Assembly: GCF_006345805.1 (NCBI RefSeq)
Contig: NW_021832451.1
Span: 1 to 30,547 of the forward strand
Reading direction: 5' to 3'
Length of the DNA stretch: 30,547 nt
Origin: Octopus sinensis
Lineage: Eukaryota
Shown here: positions 22,228 through 30,547 of the stretch, in pieces
Numbering within the stretch: position 1 is the first letter of the stretch
Layout of the letters: each line of letters starts with the position of its first letter
Notes under the pieces: model-generated
Seen by the model: the letters and a program-made list of their open reading frames with translations, nothing else
What the model was told of the DNA's origin: nothing
The model's database searches: none
Translations under genes and position numbers: made by a program

Positions 22228-23285
22228 CAACAGAAAAAAAATATAAAACCACCTGGATGCTCATAAGATCTAAGGACTAGCATCTCATAGATTATATTTC
22301 AATCAGAAAGCGTGATATGATAGATATTTCTAGTGTTCGGGCTATGAGAGGAGCAGAGGGCTGGACTGACCATTAAGTGCGTGGAAAAATGCGTTTTTCG
22401 ATAATGCCTAAAAGCCGACGGTCTGATCCTCAGGTATCCAAAAAATTAAATGTTGCAAACTTCAAATTACCAAGCAACTTGCTAAGATTCCACGATGCTA
22501 TAGAAAGTATCAATCTTGATCCAAATAATCTATAGGAAGATTTCAAAACAAAAGTATTTCAGAATGCATGTCCTTCAGTGGGATTTAAATTACATAAGTC
22601 CAGTAACTGGTTCTCAGATAGATCAGCAGAAATTCATGATCTACTTTTAGAAAAACAAAACTTAGGCAATACACTTCTTTCTCAGTCCTTGAAACCCAAC
22701 TCAAACCCCAACTCAAACGAAGCTTTAAAAAAGCTGAAGGAGAAAGTTCAGACCGCTCTAAGGAAAACAGGAATGGTGGAATGACAGACCAAAAAGGGGC
22801 GCAAGAAGCAGCTGATAGAAATGATGCCAAGGGTTTGTACTCATATATTAAGGAGGTATGTGGCCCCAAATCTTCTTCAATAGCTCCAGTGAGAACAGCA
22901 AATGGACATTTGATTTTGATTGACACCGCTTCTGTTCGTAAGCGCTGGGTAGAACATTTTTCTGCACTTTTGAATAGACCATCATCAGCTGATGTGAGGA
23001 TGATAGAAAAAAAAATCGTGCCCCTTCCAATTATAGAGGAGATGGCATTGAAACCAATTCTAAATGATGTTCATTTAGCTGTGAATGAGCTGAATAACAA
23101 TGTCTCCAGGGTCTGATGGAATCTGCACAGTGGTCTTGAAATATGGGGGTGATAAAATGTTTGAATTCTTAAATATATTAATCTGTCACTGTTGGAGAAC
23201 TGAGAAAGTGCCTCAAGCTGGATTGATGCCATTTTAGTCTCCTTGTATAAATCGAGGCCAAAGGATCTGTGTGGTAATCTACAGG
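22228..23285 (+). pseudogene. RTE-clade (BovB-like) LINE fragment: end of the AP endonuclease to the start of the RT domain
   Basis: QQKKKYKTTWM..RSK..HLIDYI..RKRD...VRAMRGAEGWTDH; QEAADRNDAKGLYSYIKEVCGPK; VRKRWVEHFSALLNRPS; DGI...LKYGG; W.DAILVSLYK..K..CGN. Multiple stops and frameshifts. Confidence 0.88.
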
Positions 23286-23397
23286 ATTACGTATATATGT
23301 ATCTTTCTATGCATCTTTCTATCTGTCTGTCCGCCTCTATCTCTCTATCTAACATGTCTACCTACCTACATATCTATCTATCTATTTATCTATCGAC

Positions 23398-23552
23398 CAA
23401 GTTTACCGTGGTCTTTTCCGTAGGCTTTTCTTTCCACGGATAAACCTTATTTGCTTCCCTCTTTACACTTTACATCATGACATTTCTGTGATACACGATC
23501 CCTATTGATCGTTTCGTTCTCTCTCTTTTTACGATCCCTTTCGATCGAAAAC
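23398..23552 (+). mobile_element. Second copy of the (TCTA)n-associated retroelement 3' segment
   Basis: Reverse-complement match to 800-935. It is flanked upstream by a degenerate (tcta) tract (about 23300-23395) and downstream by (tcta)n. Confidence 0.7.
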
Positions 23553-23631
<79 letters not shown>

Positions 23632-23660
23632 CCTACCTACCTACTTATCTACCTATCTAT

Positions 23661-23742
<82 letters not shown>
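23553..23742. repeat. (TCTA)n microsatellite
   Basis: Direct reading. Confidence 0.97.
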
Positions 23743-24220
23743 CTCTTCTTCTTCTCCAGCGTCTCTCACCTAGTTTCCGCCATTTTGTCTCACAATATTC
23801 ATACCAGCAACAGCACGTTAACTCTGCCTATCTCACACAAACTCTCTTGTTCCATTACTAATCCTCTTAGAATGTTTAAATATAATCTTCAACCATATTA
23901 TCTCTTGCCTTTTTTCCTTTTTACCCTCATTTTAAATTTTCTCTACTTTGTATTTCCATTTTATTTTTCTTCATCCTACAATTTCCCTCAGCCTGTCTTT
24001 CCTCTTCTTCCTAACAGGACTAATCTTATTTAAACTTGTCCGTGTCTTAACTATTTACATATGTAGTAAGTATTATAAAATATGCGCATAATTCTGTTCA
24101 ACCAACTTGTTCCTCCTCGTTCAAACTAGTTTTTCTTTGCAATTTAGTTTATTTTTGTCTTTTTTTCTGGAGGTGCGCGCGCGTACGTATGTATGTGTGT
24201 TTTGTGTTTTAAGATGTGGC

Positions 24221-24840
24221 TTCTTCTTCTTCTTCTTCTTCTTCTTCTTCTTCTTCTTCTTCTTCTTCTTCTTCTTCTTCTTCTTCTTCTTCTTCTTCTT
24301 CTTCTTCTTCTTCTTCTTCTTCTTCTTCTTCTTCTTCTTTTTCATCTTCTTCATCTTCATCATCTTCGTCACCTCCTTCTCCTAACCTTCTTCTTCTTCG
24401 TCACCATCTCCTCCACACCTTCTTCTTCATCTTCTTTACCTTTTTCTTCGTCACCACCTCCTCCTCACCTTCTTCTTCATCTTCTTTACCTTCTTCTTCG
24501 TCACCCACTCCTCCTCCTCCCCTCCTCCTCCATCTTCTTCATCTTCTTCTTTCTTCTTCTTCTTCTTCTTCTTCTTTCTTCTTCTTCTTCTTTCCCTTCT
24601 TCTTCGTTTTCATCTCCTCTCCCTTCTTATTTCTTCTTCTTTTTCTTCATCTCCTCTCCCTTCCTCTTCGTCTTCTTCTTCTTCTTCTTCTTCTTCTTCT
24701 TCTTCTTCTTCTTCACCTCCTCCTAATCCTCCTCCTCTTCTTCTTTTTCTTCATCTCCTCTCCTTTCTTCTTCGTCTTCATCTCCTCCTCTTCTTCTTCT
24801 TCCTTAATTCTTTTCCCACCTTTTTTCATCTTCCTTCCTT
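24221..24840. repeat. Perfect (TTC)n tract (24221-24338) followed by a degenerate TTC/CTC polypyrimidine tract
   Basis: Direct reading. The poly-F/L/S/K ORFs are artefacts of it. Confidence 0.97.
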
Positions 24841-25419
24841 CTTGCTGCTCTCTATATCATCGTCGTCATTGTCGTTGTTGTTGCTGTTGCTACTGTTTTT
24901 GCTCTTCCTTTTCTTCTGCTCTCCCTAATCCTCCCCTCATCTTCCTCACCCCTCCCCTCCCACTCCCTCTTTCTTGCTGTTGCTGCTTTTGTTCCTATCC
25001 TTACTGTTGTTTGAATCGCTGCTATTGCTGCTGCTGCTGCTGTTATTGCAATTATTTTATTTTTACTAAATATTTCTTTCATTATATTTATTTATTCATT
25101 TATGTTCAGTTTATGCGTGTTTGTGTGTATATAGGCATAAGTGTGTGCATTGCATATATGTATGATTGTGTCTATGAGTATGTATGTGTATGTGTGTGTG
25201 TGTGTGTGTGTGAGTGTTTCATGTTATGACACTCCTTCCTCTCCCATCTGACCTTGTTATTCCCACTTCTTCCCTTTCATTACCATTATCTTAGCGCCAT
25301 TTCCACCAATGTCTTTTAATATTTGCTTCTCCAGAAGTCAGCTTCACTTTATTTTCTTCGTCTCACATTCTTTTTCTGTCTTACACACAAACACAAACAC
25401 ACACAATGACAGAATACTT

Positions 25420-25492
25420 TATATATATGTGTGTGCAAGTGTATGTATATATATATGTGTGTGTGTGTGTATGTATGTGTGTCTAAATATAT

Positions 25493-25554
<62 letters not shown>

Positions 25555-25565
25555 GCATGAATGGA

Positions 25566-25640
<75 letters not shown>

Positions 25641-25645
25641 AGATA
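25420..25645. repeat. (TG)n/(TA)n/(TCTA)n compound microsatellite
   Basis: Direct reading. Confidence 0.93.
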
Positions 25646-26499
25646 TATGCACACACACACGCATGTCGATATGCAGACAGATATAACGGACACTATTTCT
25701 CTAAACATCTCAATCTCTCTTTAACGATCTGTTCATCCTTCTCTCCTGTATGGCCATCCTATTTACAGAGTATCTTTCTCAGTCTATACACAAACACTCA
25801 TATATGCATACATGCATTCATTGAACATTCATTTCGCTCTCTCCCTCTCAATCGTTCCCCATCCAGCATTTACCAACACACCCTCGCTCCCCCCACTAAC
25901 AACAAGGACACGCATACACAAGAATAGACGGACACAACCACCCTTCTTACTAAAGCTTCTCCCCCCATCTTCTTCTCTCCACCTTTAGTATTCGTTACTA
26001 GTTAGCTTGTTTCTATTTCCTTTCTTTACGAAGATTCCGGATGATAGGTACGTGCAACATCGCCATACGTAGAGGATTAACGTTGACTGCACACGCAGTT
26101 AACAGCAAAACCAATAACCCCAGACAGTGTACATTCGCTGTCAGCGTTAAACGTAAACTTGACTTGTACACATGCCTGACCAAACAACTAGACCAGGAAA
26201 CACGGCAGATGAGCTGAATAAGCCAAATTAGATGATTAATCGAAAGGATTAATGGATTTTCATCAATGAATTAATAACTAAGCTTGTCTGTACACTTGTT
26301 TCTTTTAAACTGTATTTGTATGTATTAAATATTTAAGTCACTTTTAAACCGGATCTTTTATTCAGCATCATTAACGGCTGATTATTTATTCATTCGTCTT
26401 ATTTAGATAGGTATTTCGTTTGTATTAAAGATTGCTGACTGCGGAGATCACCGTTCGGATTATCTCCCCTCGTTCGGTTTAACTATATTTGAATGTAAT

Positions 26500-26806
26500 A
26501 ATGATCCTTTCTATTATAGGGCACAAAACCTGAAATTTTGGGGGTAGGGGCTTAATCGATTACATCAATCCCAGTGCTCAACTGGTACTTATTTTATCGG
26601 CCCCCGAAAGAATGAAAGGCCAAGTCGACCTCGTCGGAATTTGAACGCAGAACGTAAAGATAAACGAAAATTTCAAATTCTGGTACAAGGCCAGCAATTT
26701 TGGGTGAGTCGATTACATCGATCCCAGTGCTCACGACCCCGAAGGGATGAAAGGCAGAAGTGACCATGGTAGAATTTGAACCTAGAACGTAAAAACGGAC
26801 GAATGC
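26500..26806 (-). mobile_element. Two tandem diverged SINE family A copies
   Basis: cgattacatc.atcccagtgctca and tgaaaggc...aatttgaac..agaacgtaaa each occur twice (about 26557-26660 and 26710-26795), reverse-complementary to family A. Confidence 0.85.
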
Positions 26807-26847
26807 TCTGCAGTATAGTCTATTCATTATGTTATAGCACAGTTTTA

Positions 26848-27410
26848 CAGGGTGTTCAAAATGTCTCTCCATAGTAAGTATATTATTGCAAAATAAATAT
26901 TTATAAGATGGTACAGGACTACAAAAGAACATGTTAGACTTTATAAGATTTTACAAAAATTTTATAAGTGGTGTTGAAAGTGTCGTCCTTCATTTTCAGT
27001 ACATTAGTTGACTCTTTTACACATGTTTTGAAATACATCTTGGAGAGTCTAGCGCAGTATGGATCGTGGGAAGGTTATGATTGTGTCTTTTAGCTCATCA
27101 ATGGTTTTTGGGTATTTCTTGTATACTGATCCTTTACTTGCTACCCAGAAAAAAATCTGGTGGTGTTAAATCAGGGGATCTTGGTGGCCAAAGTCCCTTC
27201 GAAATAATCCGTTCACCGAAAAACTCTTGAAGTAGTTCCATGGTAATGTACAAAGTATGTGCTGTAGTTCCATCTTGCTGAAAGTATGCAATTACTAATT
27301 TTACTTTCAGTGAATTGGCCTAGAAATGGATAGACAATGTTTGAGCAATATCTGTCTGTTGATGGTGTCTTAAAAAAATATCACTGCAGAGAGACTTTTT
27401 GAACACCCTG
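26848..27410 (-). mobile_element. Internally deleted Tc1/mariner-superfamily element with intact TIRs and TA target-site duplication
   Basis: TA|cagggtgttcaaaatgtctct ... agagactttttgaacaccctg|TA. The minus strand encodes FQQDGTTAHT...FFGERIISKGLWPPRSPDLTPPDFF (about 27283-27145). Confidence 0.92.
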
Positions 27411-27432
27411 TATTTTGCTCTGTGTGTGTGTG

Positions 27433-27501
<69 letters not shown>

Positions 27502-27689
27502 ATAAAGTGACTCGCTTTACTGTTCAGTATACATTACTTCTCAATCTCTTCTTGAGATTGTATAACTATCTATTTTGCTCGTAGCGAATCAGTGACCGAT
27601 GGTCACTTTGTTTACACTATATCGCTAGCAGAGGCGGATCTTAGCTATCACTCCAGTGCGCAGGTGCTCGTGGCTGAAGAAATCTTTGA

Positions 27690-29860
27690 GAAATCCTTTT
27701 CTGCTTCACAGATCGTGGTAGCCATTGACAAGTACAGCTTAAGTGCAGTGGTAATACTAGGGTAATACTAGGGATCACTCAAATTCCGCCGAGGTTGACT
27801 TTGCCTTTCATCCTTTCGGGGTCGATAAATTAAGTACCAGTTGCGTACTGGGGTTGATCTAATCGACTGGCCCCTCCCCCAAAATTTCGGGCCTTATGCC
27901 TAAAATAGAAAACAATATTAGGGAACACTCCAATTAATTGTGGTTCATAAATAAGCTGAAGAACATCTGTGCATTGCATTTTAGATGGTGTGTTTTCTTC
28001 TGTGTTCCGCAATTTCTTATGGTGAAAATACTCTTTGAACTGATAACATTCATTATTAACTTGTGGTGAATATCGTCTTTGTAATGCAATATAAGTTTGA
28101 TACTGTTCTCATCAAATTCTGAATTGTTCATCAGTTCTGACAGAAACTTGAACCTTTTCGCAATCTGCTCATATGGCTCCATCCTCTTGCTTAAGTAGTC
28201 ATAGTCTCGATTTAGAACATCTATCCTTAATTTTTCAGCCCCTTTCAAGGAAGCCCTAACACTTGAACCATCTGCAAATTTCTTTGTAATAATGCGTTTG
28301 GAAACATCAGAATAATTTGAGGTGATATATTTACATAGATCTTTTGCTACTGATTCATAGTGTGCAATCCTGTCGGCTGAATTTTTCCGCAGTTCTTTAA
28401 AAATTGAAAGCAAAGATACTAGCAGAAGGTTACCTTCAAATACATCAGAACAAGGGGTTTGGAGTTCCTAACTTGCATTGTTAAAACACTCCATAACATC
28501 TTACCAAACGACTGTTAAAACAACATATTCCAATTTTACCAACTTGTGGTATAAATTCTTTGCATCTCACATTGAGGCTTCTCTTCTGAGTCTTCAAACA
28601 TATGTTTAAAAGTTTTAAAAATATCCCTATATCTATTTTAATTACCCAGACTGCTTCATAGTGTGAAGACCATCTAGTTACACTTAAGCTCTTTAGAGAA
28701 AAGGCTAGATTGCCCTGTGTGTTCAAAATCCCCTATCTTCGAGGTGATTCAGAAAAGAAAACATACAGCTGCTGCAAGATGTCAAAATAGTCAACAACTT
28801 CAGGTATAGTAGACACTACCTTTTACCAAACAGGCTTGCACAAGGTACATAGTCTGCATACCTGTTAATGTTTTTAAGAAGTACTTGTAGCCCTTTCTTC
28901 GAGCCCTTCACATTGAAAGCATCATCGTACGACTGATCACGGATATTTTCAAGTCAAAGCTTACGCTCCCCCAGAAATTGTGTTATTTTGTTGAACAAGG
29001 TCGTGGATGAATGGTTTTGTATTGGCAAAAATGCTAAAAAAATCTCACACGGGGCTTTCCATGAAAACCGTATCGAACCACAATTACCAGTTGGTCAACA
29101 TGTATCCCGTCAGGTGTAGAGTCAACAATAATTGAGTAGTATTTGGTGTCTAGGTTGTTGATCTGATTCACCACTTTCACATGTTTCACATGTTTTCTAT
29201 CAATTTCTATCAATTCTTCAGACACAGATTTGGATAACTCAGTAATATTTACTTTTTCATTTTTACTCTAAATGTTCATGCAAAAATGGGTCAAACACCG
29301 CAATAAGCTCAGTGGTCCCCAATAATTTTTCCATTGTTTGGGGAGCGCCACTTTTCCTCATGATCTTTAAATGCTAAACTTCTTTCACTGAAAGACTTTA
29401 TAACTGCAACAACTCTTTTTAGTATTTCAAAATAGCTCTGCATGTTTTTCTTTTCAACTGTTCTTCAAGTTGCTGATCCACGGTTTTATTTGATTTTCGT
29501 GTTAGCCAGCTCAACATCGCCCATTTATGCTCCATGTTGTCTTCATGATTTTCTAGAGTTCTGAGTTTATTCATATATTCAGAAAATCCACCTGTTATGA
29601 GTGATGTTTGGCACTTAGAAAGCAGTTCCAATCGGAAAGTCCGACAAGCTAGAAACAACAGCCAAATATAAATTACCAAAGATAAATTTCTATATTAACA
29701 CCCCCACGATTTTCACTAAGAAAAAAAAATCCTGATCTCCTAATATGCTACAAATCCCTTATTTTTGTTCAGAAAAAAAAAAGAAGTGCCCCCCCCCCAT
29801 TCCGGAATCATTGGAAGTTTTGTTTTCGTTGAATGAATTCCTGTGACCTCTTGCGTAGAG
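27690..29860 (-). pseudogene. hAT transposase pseudogene
   Basis: Fragments: KYYSIIVDSTPD (first D), QSYDDAFNVKG (second D), SLKSLSVTRWSSH, and VFPNI/TTALKLYLSMATTICEAEKDFSK (catalytic E, hATC domain). The CxxH region is damaged and there are many frameshifts. The start is approximate. Confidence 0.88.
27781..27912 (+). mobile_element. 5'-truncated SINE family A inserted into the hAT transposase
   Basis: aaattccgccgaggttgactttgcctttcatcctttcggggtcgataaattaagtaccag..., flanked by an imperfect duplication aatactagggatcactc / aatattagggaacactc. Confidence 0.9.
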
Positions 29861-30031
29861 ACAAAACTTTTTTATCCGTCTATTTCCTTTTATCGGGCCC
29901 CGTCTGCATGGCAAAATACAAAAAGAAAGATATTGACAGAATGAAAAAAATTAAGTTGATCAAATGCTCACTTATTAGGGGCCCTGAAGCTGAAGCTTCA
30001 TTAGTTTTATAGTAGATCCGATCCGCCACTG

Positions 30032-30054
30032 TATCATAAACACACACACACATA

Positions 30055-30106
<52 letters not shown>

Positions 30107-30200
30107 ATTGTGTGTGTGTGTGGGGTGGTGTGTGTTGTGGTGTGTGTGTGTGTGTGTGTGAGTGTGTGTGTGTGTGGGTTTGTGTGAGTGTGTGGCGTGT
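30032..30200. repeat. (CA)n/(TA)n/(TG)n simple repeats
   Basis: Direct reading. Confidence 0.9.
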
Positions 30201-30408
30201 TATTTAATAAATGCAATATGTTTTAATGATTAATAGTTATCTCTCACCAGAGGGAGTACTTTTTGGGGTTGATTTTACCATCACGGAACCGTATACTATA
30301 TATATAACGGGAAGCTTTATGAAAATAGACAAAAGACGAAGGCAGGTGGAAAAACAAACGAACATTGTATTAGTATGGCGCTCAGGAAATATAAATAAAA
30401 CAAGTCTT

Positions 30409-30436
30409 AACGTTTCGACCTACGCTCTTCAAACAG
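30409..30436 (-). ncRNA. Minimal hammerhead-like motif of the Penelope type
   Basis: Minus strand reads ctgtTTGAAGAgcgtaggtCGAAACgtt: a variant core (UUGAAGA...GAAA), a very short stem II and palindromic aacgtt. Confidence 0.3.
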
Positions 30437-30514
30437 AAAGATACACAGAGAGAAAAAAAACACAGAAAGAAGGAGAGAAAAAAAATGCGTGCAGTAGCTA
30501 ACGAATCAACATGG

Positions 30515-30547
<33 letters not shown>

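Larger units (their letters stand above)
27629..30031 (-). mobile_element. Degenerate hAT DNA transposon (ZMYM1-like transposase)
   Basis: TIRs cagaggcggatc (27629-27640) and gatccgccactg (30020-30031). No convincing 8-bp TSD. A transposase remnant lies inside. Confidence 0.8.

Noticed and set aside
24193-25229. Long poly-Ser/Leu/Phe ORFs with a Cys-rich tail
   Set aside because: They are translations of (TTC)n and (TGC/TGT)n tracts.

Overview
This is AT-rich, microsatellite-saturated animal genomic DNA. The SINE and repeat families resemble those I recall from cephalopod (octopus-type) genomes, which is an inference from pattern recognition and not a database result. No intact host protein-coding gene is supportable; most listed ORFs are translations of simple repeats. 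The window is a transposon graveyard. Its main feature is a complete but inactivated 6.76-kb Helitron (15061-21824, A|TC...hairpin-CTAG|T) whose Rep/PIF1-helicase pseudogene starts with ten 23-aa STPR-like repeats. A 405-bp non-autonomous Helitron lies 1 kb upstream in the same orientation. Also present are a degenerate hAT transposon, two internally deleted IS630-Tc1-mariner elements, RTE and R4/Dong-like LINE fragments, about ten tRNA-derived SINEs (some concatemeric or chimeric) and several fold-back elements. The most unusual items are (i) a head-to-head pair of Penelope-type hammerhead-ribozyme-like motifs at 12765-12941, (ii) a 550-bp unit arranged as a tandem repeat plus fold-back inversion at 3461-4918, (iii) the tandem Helitron geometry that would allow read-through capture, and (iv) a nonsense mutation shared by two adjacent STPR repeats.
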